This document shows positions 1 through 9,304 of a DNA stretch of 64,000 nucleotides, piece by piece. The notes beneath the pieces are model-generated. The model made no database searches, had not been told where the DNA came from, and saw nothing but the letters and a program-made list of their open reading frames with translations. Each line of letters begins with the position of its first letter. Within the stretch, counting starts at the first letter, position 1. This DNA comes from Gemmatimonadota bacterium (lineage in GTDB: Bacteria; Gemmatimonadota; Gemmatimonadetes; Palauibacterales; Palauibacteraceae), in NCBI GenBank assembly GCA_965207805.1, contig OZ242312.1, positions 1,471,580 through 1,535,579 on the forward strand. The letters are read 5' to 3'. Both the position numbers and the translations under genes were made by a program.

Positions 1-338
1 CAGTCGCGCATCAGTCGCTTGGCGAACGCCTTGGAAGCTTCGAGGCGGGCTCCCGCCCGGTCGGGACCGAACACGGGCAGACCGGCTTCGGCGAAACGGT
101 CGGCGATGCCCGCCGCGAGAGGGGCTTCGGGGCCGACGACGGTGAGGTCGATGCGACGCGACGCCGCGAAGTCGAGCAGGCCTCGGATATCGGCGGCCTG
201 GATGTCGACGAGTTCCGCCGTGCCGAGCATGCCCGGGTTGCCGGGGGCCGCGTAGATCGTGGCGTTCGGCGCGTCGCGGCGGAGACAGTCCGCGAAGGCG
301 TGCTCCCGTCCGCCGCTTCCGATGATGAGGAGGTTCAT
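1..338 (-). CDS. purD: phosphoribosylamine--glycine ligase, N-terminal part (3' end lies outside the window)
   Basis: Reverse translation from the ATG at complement 336-338 reads MNLLIIGSGGREHAFADCLRRD...VVGPEAPL...FGP...LEASKAFAKRLM, a canonical PurD N-terminus. There is no stop before position 1. Confidence 0.85.
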   Translation of the reverse strand, partial: MNLLIIGSGGREHAFADCLRRDAPNATIYAAPGNPGMLGTAELVDIQAADIRGLLDFAASRRIDLTVVGPEAPLAAGIADRFAEAGLPVFGPDRAGARLEASKAFAKRLMRD

Positions 339-408
339 GGCGGCAGGATGACGTGCCGGCCGCCCCCCGGCAACGGCTGGCGGCCCGCGATGATGCTCCC
401 GGAAGCGT

Positions 409-1398
409 CTAGTCTTCCGTGCGTCCCCTGAAGGCGCCGGTCAGCCGGTCCCGCAGTCGATCCACCGCGGCGTCGACCTCGTCGAAGAGTTCGCGTGCGC
501 CCTCCTGATAGCCCTTCGCCGCCTCGCGAAGGTCCTCGCGATACGGGCGGTCGTCATGCTCGTCCCGGTGCTGGTATTCGCCTGCCAGGATGCGGTCGTA
601 CGCGCCGCTCTCGATCCAGTCGCGCAGTTCGGCCACGCGGATGACGGCGAACGGATGGGTCTGGCCGAGCACGTTGAGCACCTTGTAGACGGCGTCGAGG
701 AGATCGCCGCCGGCCCGGTACTCGTCGGACTGCGCGATGAACTCGTCGAGGTCGAGAGAGACGCCCCGCCCGCCGCCCGCAAGCTGCATCAGCGCGGACA
801 TCGCGACCTCCGGATTCTGGACCGCGAGGAGCCCGGCCCGGTCGGATGAGAGTTCGCTTTTCCGGTACCACTCCATGAGGCCCATGTAGATCGGCAGAAG
901 TGCAAGGCCGGCGAACGTATAGCGGAGAGCGACCAGGTTGAGCACCAGGATCAGCATGGTCCGGTAGAGCACATGCCCGGATATGATGTGTCCGACTTCG
1001 TGGCCGAGGACGGCCTCGACCTCGTCCTCCGACAGGATCTCGAGCATCGAGGAGTTGAGGACGATGAACGGCTCGCCGAAACCCACCGCTCCCGCGTTCA
1101 CCAGGTGCGTCTGCGAGATGTAGCACTCCGGCGGGTTCTCCACGTCGAGTACCTCGCACACACGTGCCAGGCGCGCGTGAACCCACGCGTACTGCCGCTC
1201 GGACGTGCGCACGGCGTTGGCCTTGAACGCCAGCCGGATCGCGCGCTCACCGAACAGAGCGAAGATCTTGCGCAGGAGGAGATCGAACCCGGGGATCTTG
1301 CGCAGCGTATTCAGCGCCGCCCGGTCCGCCGGGTGTTCCCACGAGACCGCAGCGATCTGTGCGAGGATCCGCCTCTGGTGTTCGTCGCCTGCCGCCAT
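409..1398 (-). CDS. M48-family zinc metallopeptidase
   Basis: The 330-aa ORF contains HEVGHIISGH (HExxH) followed by hydrophobic segments, as in Ste24/HtpX-like M48 peptidases. An ATG at 1398 lies one codon inside the TTG start used by the track. Confidence 0.8.
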   Translation of the reverse strand: MAAGDEHQRRILAQIAAVSWEHPADRAALNTLRKIPGFDLLLRKIFALFGERAIRLAFKANAVRTSERQYAWVHARLARVCEVLDVENPPECYISQTHLVNAGAVGFGEPFIVLNSSMLEILSEDEVEAVLGHEVGHIISGHVLYRTMLILVLNLVALRYTFAGLALLPIYMGLMEWYRKSELSSDRAGLLAVQNPEVAMSALMQLAGGGRGVSLDLDEFIAQSDEYRAGGDLLDAVYKVLNVLGQTHPFAVIRVAELRDWIESGAYDRILAGEYQHRDEHDDRPYREDLREAAKGYQEGARELFDEVDAAVDRLRDRLTGAFRGRTED

Positions 1399-1529
1399 CA
1401 ATCACCCCCTGCGCGTCAAATCGCGCTCATGTGAGCCGGCCGATTCGCGGGGCCGGCTTCCGCGCTTCCGGCTCTACGTCCGGCCCCGATTCCCTGTTTC
1501 AACCGTCGGGACTTCCGAAGCCCCGCCGC

Positions 1530-2690
1530 TCAGAGGCGGGCCAGGGCCTGCTCGATGTCCTCCGCCAGATCGTCACCGTCCTCCACGCCCACCGACAGTC
1601 GGACGAGTCCCGGCCCCAGTCCGATCTCCAGCTTCTTTTCCTCCGGCACCGAAGCGTGGGTCATCGAAGAGGGGACGCATACCAGGCTCTCGACCCCGCC
1701 GAGACTCTCGGCCAGTTGGAACACCTGCGTGAGTCCGGCGAAGCGGTTGGCCCGTTCTTCCGTACCCAGGTCGAAGCTCACCATGGAGCCGAAGTCGCGC
1801 ATCTGACGTCTGGCCAGGGCATGCTGCGGATGGCTCTCGAGGCCCGGATAGCGGACGGATTCGACTTCGTCGTGCCCCTGGAGGACGTCGACGACCCGTC
1901 GCGCGTTCCGGCAGTGGGCCGGCATGCGCAGGTGCAGCGTCTTCGTGCCGCGGAGGACGAGCCAGCAGTCGAAGGGGCCCGGGACGGCCCCGCTCGTCTT
2001 CTGCTGAAAGTGAAACCCTTCGGCGAGCTCGCCGGAGTTCGTGAGCAGCGCGCCGCCGATCATGTCGCTGTGGCCGTTGAGGAACTTCGTCGTCGAGTGC
2101 ATCACGACATCCGCGCCTTCGTCGAGCGGGCGCTGGAGAAAAGGCGTCGCAAACGTGTTGTCGACGGACAGAACGGCCCCCGCCTCGCGGGCGATCGCCG
2201 CGCACGCCCCGATATCCGTGATCGTCATCGTCGGGTTGCTCGGCGTTTCGACGTGGATGAGGCGCGTCTCCGGGCGGATCGCGGCGCGAACCTGATCGAG
2301 ATCTCCCGTGTTCACGAAATCGAAGGCGACTCCGAACCGCTCCCACACGTGGCGCAGCATGCGATCCACGCCCCCATAGACGTCCGCGCCGCAGATGAGG
2401 TGGTCGCCCGCGTTGAGCACCGTCTTGACGATCGCTTCCGTCGCGGCGAGGCCCGAGGAGAATGCCGCGCCGTACCGCCCGTTCTCAAGCGCGGCCAGGT
2501 TCGCCTGAAGGGCTTCGCGCGTGGGGTTCCTGACCCTCGCGTAGTCGTAACCCTCGCGCGGCGCGCCAACGGCATCCTGGACGTATGTCGATGTCTGGAA
2601 GATCGGCGTCATGATCGCCCCGGTGGTGGGATCGGGGCGCTGCCCGGCGTGGATGGCCCGGGTTCCGAACCGTCGGGCGGCTGGGTCCAC
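1530..2690 (-). CDS. PLP-dependent Cys/Met-metabolism enzyme (cystathionine gamma-synthase / gamma-lyase family)
   Basis: FGTRAIHAGQ...TPIFQTSTY...HSTTKFLNGHSD (PLP lysine motif) matches the MetB/MetC/MetZ family. The GTG at 2690 has a GGAG 8 nt upstream and gives a family-typical N-terminus. The track start at 2876 adds about 62 non-homologous residues. Confidence 0.8.
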   Translation of the reverse strand: MDPAARRFGTRAIHAGQRPDPTTGAIMTPIFQTSTYVQDAVGAPREGYDYARVRNPTREALQANLAALENGRYGAAFSSGLAATEAIVKTVLNAGDHLICGADVYGGVDRMLRHVWERFGVAFDFVNTGDLDQVRAAIRPETRLIHVETPSNPTMTITDIGACAAIAREAGAVLSVDNTFATPFLQRPLDEGADVVMHSTTKFLNGHSDMIGGALLTNSGELAEGFHFQQKTSGAVPGPFDCWLVLRGTKTLHLRMPAHCRNARRVVDVLQGHDEVESVRYPGLESHPQHALARRQMRDFGSMVSFDLGTEERANRFAGLTQVFQLAESLGGVESLVCVPSSMTHASVPEEKKLEIGLGPGLVRLSVGVEDGDDLAEDIEQALARL

Positions 2691-2851
2691 GTCTTCATCT
2701 CCGGCTCGGGTAGAGGCAGACGACGCGTGGCACGACGCATCGCGGGTCAAGTGCGCAAGGTATTCCCGCCGTGCGGGGAGGGCGACCGGAGTCACCGCCG
2801 CAAGCCGCGCGGACGCCCAACCATTAACATCCCGCGTCCATCTCACGGTCT

Positions 2852-4240
2852 GTGGAGAACAGCGTGTCAAGGTCACTCATCGTTTCTGCTTCAGGCATTC
2901 GCGGAATCGTCGGACGAGGGCTCACGCCCGAGATCGCGGTCCGCTACGGCGCCGCCTTTGCCACCCACATCGCCGCTGGGGCTCGCCGCCGGGGGCATGT
3001 CCTGATCGGCCGCGACAGCCGCGTCTCCGGGCCCGTGCTGCTCGATGCCGTATCCGCGGGAGTCCGGGCCGTCGGGCTGGATGTGTGCGACCTGGGGATC
3101 GTGGCGACGCCGACGGGCCTTCTCGCCGTGGAGGAAGATGACGCCGCGATCGGCGGACTCCTCGTTACGGCCTCCCACAACCCCGCCCCCTGGAACGGGC
3201 TCAAGCTGGTGGCGCGCGAGGGGCGGTTTCTCTCGCCGGCGGCCGGACGGGACGTGCAGCGAAGGTTCGAGGGGGAGATCGAATATGCGGAGTCTGCGCG
3301 CATGGGAGACAGAAGCGCGCGGGAAGGCGCCGGCCGCGCCCACGTCGAGCGGATTCTGTCGCTGCCGATCATCGACCGCGAACTCATCGCGTCGAACGCG
3401 TTCCACGTCGCACTCGATTGTGTGCGCGGCGCCGGGGCGCCGATCATGCTCCCGCTGCTCGAGCGTCTCGGCTGCCGGGTGAGCGGGCTCGATCTCGAAC
3501 CCGACGGCCATTTCCCACGGCCCCCCGAGCCGCTGGTGGAGAATCTCGGAAGGCTCTCCGAACGCGTGACGGAAGTCGGCGCGGATGTCGGCTTCGCCGT
3601 CGACCCCGATGTCGACCGCCTCGCCCTGGTGGACGAGGACGGGCGTCCCGTGGGCGAGGACTGGACCCTCGCGCTGGCCGTAGAACTCGTGGCGGCGCGG
3701 GAGCCCGCGCCGGTCGTGACTAACCTCTCCGCCAGCCGCCTGATTCAGGACGCGGCGGATCGCGTCGGCGTACCGCTGCTCCGCACGCCGGTGGCGGAAG
3801 CCAACGTCGTCGCCCGCATGCTCGATGTGGGGAGTTCGATCGGGGGAGAGGGAAACGGCGGCGTGATCTACGGAGGACTGCACCTCACGCGGGACGCCCC
3901 GCTGGCCGCCGCCCTGATCCTGCAGTTTCTCGCGGAGAGCCGTTCCACGCTCGGCGCCGTCGTCGACGAGCGGCCTTCGTACAGGATCGTGAAGCGCACG
4001 ATCTCCCGGGAGGGACTGGGCGTGGAGGATGCGCTGGCCGCGATCGCGGCCGCGGCCCCGTCCGGAGCGGAGATGGACCGGCAGGACGGGATCCGGCTCG
4101 AGTGGCCGGATGGATCGTGGATCCACGCCAGGCCGTCCGGGACCGAGCCGATCTTCCGCATCATGGCGGAGGCGTCCCGCGAAGCGCTGGCGGACGAACG
4201 CGCGGACTGGGTCGACGCCCTGGTGCGGCGCGCGGTCTGA
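2852..4240 (+). CDS. glmM: phosphohexomutase (phosphoglucosamine mutase / phosphomannomutase family)
   Basis: GTG start, 462 aa, with the active-site phosphoserine loop TASHNPAPWNGLK. Its stop is 7 nt upstream of glmS, which supports a GlmM role. Specificity is not proven. Confidence 0.7.
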   Translation: MENSVSRSLIVSASGIRGIVGRGLTPEIAVRYGAAFATHIAAGARRRGHVLIGRDSRVSGPVLLDAVSAGVRAVGLDVCDLGIVATPTGLLAVEEDDAAIGGLLVTASHNPAPWNGLKLVAREGRFLSPAAGRDVQRRFEGEIEYAESARMGDRSAREGAGRAHVERILSLPIIDRELIASNAFHVALDCVRGAGAPIMLPLLERLGCRVSGLDLEPDGHFPRPPEPLVENLGRLSERVTEVGADVGFAVDPDVDRLALVDEDGRPVGEDWTLALAVELVAAREPAPVVTNLSASRLIQDAADRVGVPLLRTPVAEANVVARMLDVGSSIGGEGNGGVIYGGLHLTRDAPLAAALILQFLAESRSTLGAVVDERPSYRIVKRTISREGLGVEDALAAIAAAAPSGAEMDRQDGIRLEWPDGSWIHARPSGTEPIFRIMAEASREALADERADWVDALVRRAV

Positions 4241-4247
4241 TCGCGGA

Positions 4248-6104
4248 ATGTGCGGCATTGTCGGCTACGTCGGAACAGCGGAGGCGGCCCCCCTTCTTCT
4301 GAACGGGCTCCGCCGCCTCGAGTACCGCGGATACGACTCGGCGGGGCTCGCCGTCCACACCGGTTCCGGGCTCGATCTCCGGAAGTGTGCGGGCCGCGTC
4401 AACGACCTGGCCGACCGGATCGTCGAGATCCCGCTTTCCGGAAAGGCCGGAATCGCTCACACCCGCTGGGCGACACACGGGGCGCCCACCCGCGCGAACG
4501 CCCATCCGTTGACGGACTGCCGGGGCGAGGTGGCGGTGGTCCACAACGGCGTGATCGAGAACTGCGACGCACTGCGGACGAAGCTCTCCGAACTCGGCCA
4601 CCGCTTCACGTCGGAGACCGACACCGAGGTCGTCGCGCACCTGATCGAGGAAGCGTTCGAGGGGAATCTCGAGCGCGCCGTCGCCGCCTCGCTGACCCAG
4701 GTGGAGGGCACGCTGGGGCTTGCCGTCATGAGCGTGCACGACCCCGCGCGGATCGTCGTCGCACGCCGCGGCGCCCCTCTGCTGCTCGGGATCGGGGAGA
4801 AGGACGAAGAAGGGACCTGGGTGGCTTCGGACGTGGCGGCGGTTCTCGAGCACACCCGTAACATCGTGTATCTGGAGGACGACGAGATGGCCGTCCTCAC
4901 CTCTTCCGGGCACCGGACCGTCGATCTCGGGAGAAACCGCGGCCACGTCGGCTGGGAGCCCGTCCCGAAGGAAATCAGCCGCGTCGACTGGGACCTGGAG
5001 AGGATCGAGAAGGCGGGATACCCGCACTTCATGCTCCGCGAGATTCACGAACAGCCGCACACCGTTCGCGATGCGATGCGGGGTCGACTGCTGGCGGAGG
5101 AAGGCACGGCTCGGCTGGGCGGACTCGACGAATTCCGCCCGGACATCGACGCGGCCGAGCGCATCGTCCTCACCGGGTGCGGGACGAGTTGGCATGCGGC
5201 GCTCGTCGGGGAGTACCTCATCGAGTCACTCGCGCGCCTTCCGGTCGAGGTCGAGTACGCCTCCGAGTTCCGATACCGGAACCCGATCATCGCTCCGGGG
5301 ACCCTGGTGGGCGGCATCTCCCAGTCGGGGGAGACCGCGGACACGCTCGCGGCCGTGCGCGAAGCCGGACGGCTCGGGGCCCCCACCTTCGGAATCGTCA
5401 ACGTTGTGGGCTCGACGATCGCGCGGGAGACGCGCGCCGGAATCTACACGCACGCCGGTCCGGAGATCGGCGTCGCGTCCACGAAGGCCTTCCTGGCGCA
5501 GGTCGTTTCTCTCGCGCTCCTCGGCCTCATGATCGCGCGGCGCCGCGGGATGAGCCGCGAGGAAGGCCGCGGCTTCGTGCGCGCCCTGGACGGGCTTCCC
5601 GCGCTCATCGAAGAGGTCCTGGCGACGGAGGACCACATCCGGCGGGTGGCGGAGGAGTTCGCGCCCGCGCGCAACTTCCTCTATCTGGGGCGGGGCCCGA
5701 ACTTCCCGATCGCCCTCGAGGGGGCGCTCAAGTTGAAGGAGATCTCCTACATCCATGCCGAGGGATACCCGGCGGCCGAGATGAAGCATGGGCCGATCGC
5801 GCTCATCGACGAGGACATGCCCGTCGTCTTCATGGCTCCGCGCGGCGCCGTCTACTCGAAGGTGCTCGTGAACATCGAGGAAGTGAAAACGCGCGGCGGC
5901 CGTGTCATCGCGCTCGTGACCCGCCGGGACACCGATCTCGCCGGCAAGGTGGATCACCTGATCCCGGTGCCCGCGACGCTGCCTCTCCTGCAACCGATCG
6001 TCAACGTCGTTCCGCTGCAGCTCCTCGCCTACCATATCGCGGTCCTGCGGGGCTGCGACGTGGATCGTCCGCGGAACCTCGCGAAGACCGTGACGGTCGA
6101 GTAG
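4248..6104 (+). CDS. glmS: glutamine--fructose-6-phosphate aminotransferase
   Basis: The ATG at 4248 gives MCGIVGYVG (Ntn catalytic Cys2), followed by two SIS domains and a C-terminal ...AKTVTVE. The track start at 4029 is out-of-frame read-through inside glmM. Confidence 0.96.
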   Translation: MCGIVGYVGTAEAAPLLLNGLRRLEYRGYDSAGLAVHTGSGLDLRKCAGRVNDLADRIVEIPLSGKAGIAHTRWATHGAPTRANAHPLTDCRGEVAVVHNGVIENCDALRTKLSELGHRFTSETDTEVVAHLIEEAFEGNLERAVAASLTQVEGTLGLAVMSVHDPARIVVARRGAPLLLGIGEKDEEGTWVASDVAAVLEHTRNIVYLEDDEMAVLTSSGHRTVDLGRNRGHVGWEPVPKEISRVDWDLERIEKAGYPHFMLREIHEQPHTVRDAMRGRLLAEEGTARLGGLDEFRPDIDAAERIVLTGCGTSWHAALVGEYLIESLARLPVEVEYASEFRYRNPIIAPGTLVGGISQSGETADTLAAVREAGRLGAPTFGIVNVVGSTIARETRAGIYTHAGPEIGVASTKAFLAQVVSLALLGLMIARRRGMSREEGRGFVRALDGLPALIEEVLATEDHIRRVAEEFAPARNFLYLGRGPNFPIALEGALKLKEISYIHAEGYPAAEMKHGPIALIDEDMPVVFMAPRGAVYSKVLVNIEEVKTRGGRVIALVTRRDTDLAGKVDHLIPVPATLPLLQPIVNVVPLQLLAYHIAVLRGCDVDRPRNLAKTVTVE

Positions 6105-6259
6105 CCCTGCGGACGCCGGAACCCCGCCACGGCGCGGGGCGGAGGGGTTACAGCGGGAAAGAGCCGGTGGTATGTTTGGGCGTTGCGTCCGCCGCCGGGC
6201 CGTGCCCATCAGGCTGGCCGCCCGGTTGCGCGCTCCACCGGGATCGGGATTGGAAGGGG

Positions 6260-6733
6260 ATGCCAAGCGCCTACCTCCAGGGGATGAAGGATCAGGTCGC
6301 ACGATACGCCGGCACGTTGCGTGACGTCGTCATCCTCGCGCCCGTCTACGGTTTGTTGATGTTCACCCTCATGAAGGACCCGCGCCTGACTCGGCAGCAG
6401 CGGATTCTGGTGGATGCGGCCATCGCCTACCTCGTGAGTCCGGATGACGTGATCCCGGAAGATGAGGTCGGGCCATACGGTTTTCTGGACGATGTTTTTT
6501 GCTGTGCGTACGTGACGCACCGGATCGGAGAGGAGCTTGGCTGGGATGTGGTGGAGGAGCACTGGACCGGCGAGCGATCGGCGCTCGAGGTCTCGAACAA
6601 CCTGCTCGCCCGCGAGCGGGAGCTGCTCGGTGGGGCAGGCGATGACGTCCTCGAATTCGCGGGACTCCTCGACCGGCGGTCGGACTCTGAAGCGGAACGC
6701 CCCCAACTCGTCCTCACGGCGGCCGGCGGGTAG
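6260..6733 (+). CDS. DUF1232 (YkvA-like) membrane protein
   Basis: IAYLVSPDDVIPEDEVGPYGFLDDV resembles the DUF1232 signature (aYxxSPxDxIPDxxPxxGxxDD), preceded by the hydrophobic helix VVILAPVYGLLMFTLM. The start could be the ATG at 6260 or at 6284. Confidence 0.6.
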   Translation: MPSAYLQGMKDQVARYAGTLRDVVILAPVYGLLMFTLMKDPRLTRQQRILVDAAIAYLVSPDDVIPEDEVGPYGFLDDVFCCAYVTHRIGEELGWDVVEEHWTGERSALEVSNNLLARERELLGGAGDDVLEFAGLLDRRSDSEAERPQLVLTAAGG

Positions 6734-7394
6734 CGCGGGCGGTCGACCGCGGATCACTGCGGCGCTGGCCGTACTCGCCGGATTCCTCGGCGCGGAGTCG
6801 GTTGACGCCCAGTATCGCCTGACGGCCCCTTCGGGCAGCGTCGTGGAGTTCGAGGCCGACCTCCTCCTCCGCTTCCGGGATCGTTCGGACTCCCTCATGA
6901 CCGATCTCGTGGAGGATCCTCTCGTTCTCTACTTCCCGTCGTTCGGACGCGACCTCGACGAATCGGAGGCGCGGGACGCCTGGCCATGGAACGCGGTCGA
7001 AGTCGTGACGGATTCGAGCGCCGCGCTCGTGATGCCGGGGAATCTGAGGGAGGCCGGCCGGGCGTACGAGAGTTACGCAGTCCTGCGAATGCACGCCGTG
7101 CGTCAGGACCCCGACGTGGCCTGCGAGGTGCTCTTCTCACGGGAAGTCGAGGCCGTCGACGGGTTCATCGACGGATGGATCGCGGCGCGCCTCCTCTTCG
7201 GCGGGCCCGCCTACGAGCCGCTCGACGAACTCGCTTTCGCGCGGGAGGCCGGCGTCCTCGCGGGACTCATCCTCGACCGATCGGACCGCCAACTGGGTGG
7301 TTGTCTGCAGGTGTCCCGCGAACGTCTCGCGGAGGAAATCGCCGCCTACCGTGCCTGGCGAACGGAACGCTACCTCTCTCCAGGTGGGCGATGA
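6642..7394 (+). CDS. hypothetical protein with a possible N-terminal signal sequence
   Basis: The ORF frame runs 6537-7394 and contains a signal-like ITAALAVLAGFLGAESVDAQ segment. Its stop overlaps the cysS ATG (ATGA at 7391-7394). I recognise no family. The start is uncertain; 6642 is the nearest in-frame ATG and overlaps the preceding gene. Confidence 0.45.
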   Translation: MTSSNSRDSSTGGRTLKRNAPNSSSRRPAGSAGGRPRITAALAVLAGFLGAESVDAQYRLTAPSGSVVEFEADLLLRFRDRSDSLMTDLVEDPLVLYFPSFGRDLDESEARDAWPWNAVEVVTDSSAALVMPGNLREAGRAYESYAVLRMHAVRQDPDVACEVLFSREVEAVDGFIDGWIAARLLFGGPAYEPLDELAFAREAGVLAGLILDRSDRQLGGCLQVSRERLAEEIAAYRAWRTERYLSPGGR

Positions 7395-8866
7395 GTCTCC
7401 GACTCTACGACTCCCTCACGCGGCGGCTCCGCACGTTCAAGACCGTTGAAGCGGGCCGCGTGCGGATGTACAACTGCGGTCCCACGGTGTACGACCGCGC
7501 GCATATCGGGAACTTCCGCGCCTTCACGTGGGAAGACCTGCTTCGCCGCTACCTCCGCTTCAAGGGCTATGACGTCTGCCAGGTCATGAACCTGACGGAT
7601 GTCGACGATCGGACGATCGCGGCGGCCTCCGCCCGGGGCGTGCCGCTGGCCGACGTCACCGATCCCGTGATCGAGATGTTCCTCGAGGACTGGGACACGC
7701 TGGGGCTCGAGGAACCGGAGCATCGGCCACGGGCGACCCGCTTCGTCGATGGGATGATCCGGCTCGTCGAAGCGCTCTCTGAGCGGGGACTCACCTACGA
7801 GAGCGAGGGTTCCGTGTACTTCGCGATCGGGCGTTCCCCCGAATACGGGCGGTTGGCGGGGATCGACTCCAAGGGACTTACGGCCGCCGGCCGGGCCGCG
7901 GGGGATGAGGAGTACGACAAGGATGACCCGAGAGATTTCGTCCTCTGGAAGGGCGGCGACCGTGATGCCGATGGAGCCGTGGCGGTGTGGGATTCTCCAT
8001 GGGGGCCGGGTCGGCCGGGCTGGCACCTCGAGTGCTCGGCGATGGCGATGCACCACCTGGGCGAAACGCTGGACATCCATACCGGAGGGGTCGACAACCT
8101 CTTCCCGCATCACACCAACGAGATCGCCCAGTCGGAAGGAGTGACGGGGAAGACGTTCTCGGAGTTCTGGCTCCACGCCGAGCACCTGCTCGTGGAAGGC
8201 CGGAAGATGTCGAAGTCGCTCGGCAACTGCTTTACGATCCCGGAGCTGGTCGACCGCGGATACGCGCCGTCCGCGATCCGGTATCTGCTGCTCAGCGGAC
8301 ATTACCGGGCCCAGCTGAACTTCACCTTCGACGGCCTGGAAGCCGCGGCGAAGGCCGTGACCCGCCTGTACGAGTTCAGGAACCGCGTGCGCGAGGCCGG
8401 CGCGGCGGAGACCGATGCGTCGGCCGATCTCGGAGACGCCGCGACGCGAGCCCGCGCTGCGTTCGAGGCGGCGATGGACGACGACCTGAACGTGAGTGAA
8501 GCGCTTTCGGCGGTGTTCGGGCTCGTTCGGGAGGCGAATCACCTGCTCGACCGCGTCCATCCTCGAGCCCTGTCGGGCGCGGAGACCGCCCTTGCCGTGA
8601 TCGACGCGTTCGATCGCGTCTTCGGGGTGCTGGCCGTGCGGGACCGCGAGTCATCCGGTGGCGATGACGAGCTCATCGCCTGGGCCACGGCTCGCATCGG
8701 AGAACGTGAGCGCGCCCGCAAGAACCGGGACTTCGCGCGCGCCGACGCGATTCGCGCCGAACTCGAGGCCCGTGGCGTGATCGTAGAGGATGTGGCTGAG
8801 TTCACTCGCCTACGGATGGGGGGTCGCACGATCCAGGTGCCGCGCCCCCTCGGGGCGGCAAGATGA
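7391..8866 (+). CDS. cysS: cysteine--tRNA ligase
   Basis: MSLRLYDSLTR start with the class I motifs HIGN and KMSKS. The track start at 6986 is read-through of the upstream gene. Confidence 0.96.
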   Translation: MSLRLYDSLTRRLRTFKTVEAGRVRMYNCGPTVYDRAHIGNFRAFTWEDLLRRYLRFKGYDVCQVMNLTDVDDRTIAAASARGVPLADVTDPVIEMFLEDWDTLGLEEPEHRPRATRFVDGMIRLVEALSERGLTYESEGSVYFAIGRSPEYGRLAGIDSKGLTAAGRAAGDEEYDKDDPRDFVLWKGGDRDADGAVAVWDSPWGPGRPGWHLECSAMAMHHLGETLDIHTGGVDNLFPHHTNEIAQSEGVTGKTFSEFWLHAEHLLVEGRKMSKSLGNCFTIPELVDRGYAPSAIRYLLLSGHYRAQLNFTFDGLEAAAKAVTRLYEFRNRVREAGAAETDASADLGDAATRARAAFEAAMDDDLNVSEALSAVFGLVREANHLLDRVHPRALSGAETALAVIDAFDRVFGVLAVRDRESSGGDDELIAWATARIGERERARKNRDFARADAIRAELEARGVIVEDVAEFTRLRMGGRTIQVPRPLGAAR

Positions 8867-8914
8867 GGCGATGGCGCCCACGAACGGCAGCCGGATCGGG
8901 TGCCCGAAACCACC

Positions 8915-8944
8915 TTGACGGTCGGCCCCGCATGCCCCTATGTT
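8915..8944 (+). promoter_or_regulatory. candidate sigma70-type promoter for the tRNA-tuf transcription unit
   Basis: TTGACG (8915-8920), an 18-nt spacer, then TATGTT (8939-8944), ending 25 nt before tRNA-Thr. This is a hexamer match only. Confidence 0.4.
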
Positions 8945-8968
8945 AGAACGCTATTGTGCGGAAGGGTC

Positions 8969-9041
8969 GCTGGCGTAGCTCAACCGGTAGAGCGTCGGAT
9001 TTGTAATCCGGAGGTTGTGGGTTCGAGCCCCACCGCCAGCT
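8969..9041 (+). tRNA. tRNA-Thr (anticodon UGU)
   Basis: A 73-nt cloverleaf was folded by hand: acceptor GCTGGCG/CGCCAGC, D stem GCTC/GAGC, anticodon stem TCGGA/TCCGG with loop TTTGTAA, and T arm GTGGG-TTCGAGC-CCCAC. CCA is not encoded. Confidence 0.9.
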
Positions 9042-9125
9042 CGGTCGAGTCGGACGAACAGCCGCCCCGAAGCGGCGAACCCTGGAACTCATCGATCGGG
9101 CGTCGATCGGGCGCCAGGTACCGGC

Positions 9126-9210
9126 GGTGGGGTACCGAAGCGGCCAAACGGGGCAGACTGTAAATCTGCTGGCTTATGCCTTCGGAGGTTCGAATCCTCC
9201 CCCCACCACC
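9126..9210 (+). tRNA. tRNA-Tyr (anticodon GUA), long variable arm
   Basis: Acceptor GGTGGGG/CCCCACC, anticodon arm GCAGA-CTGTAAA-TCTGC, long variable arm, T arm GGAGG-TTCGAAT-CCTCC. It is nearly collinear with E. coli tRNA-Tyr as I recall it. The 3' ACC is encoded but the final A is not. Confidence 0.9.
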
Positions 9211-9304
9211 TTCATGAGACCACTGACGAAACAAAGGGCGTAGCCCGCGCGCGAGCAAGAGGAGCATCCGTCGCGGAGCCGCTCCGCCGAACCCGTAGTC
9301 CGAG

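Noticed and set aside
2691-2876. Possible SAM or other riboswitch in the 186 nt upstream of the Cys/Met-metabolism gene (minus strand)
   Set aside because: I could not find the conserved SAM-I/SAM-IV core elements by eye, and the region also overlaps the divergent glmM start. Only a covariance-model scan (cmscan against Rfam) could exclude a riboswitch properly.
4029-4247. N-terminal extensions in the ORF track (e.g. glmS from 4029, cysS from 6986, tuf from 9015, rpsL from 22712, rplL from 13154, adk from 37368)
   Set aside because: The extensions run through upstream genes, tRNAs or spacers. They lack homology to the families, while the internal starts give canonical N-termini with SD sequences.
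4241-4247. Possible glmS ribozyme or leader upstream of glmS
   Set aside because: Only 7 nt separate the glmM stop from the glmS ATG, so there is no room for a structured leader.
6120-6149. Hairpin after glmS (CCCCGC/GCGGGG, or alternatively AACCCC/GGGGTT) as a terminator
   Set aside because: The stems are short and mutually exclusive and there is no U tract. This is too weak to call.
6209-6898. 229-aa minus-strand ORF opposite the DUF1232 and hypothetical genes
   Set aside because: Its composition is Arg/Ser/Pro-rich (MRESERSRKRRRRSAS...). The + strand frames carry a recognisable DUF1232 motif and are start/stop coupled to cysS.
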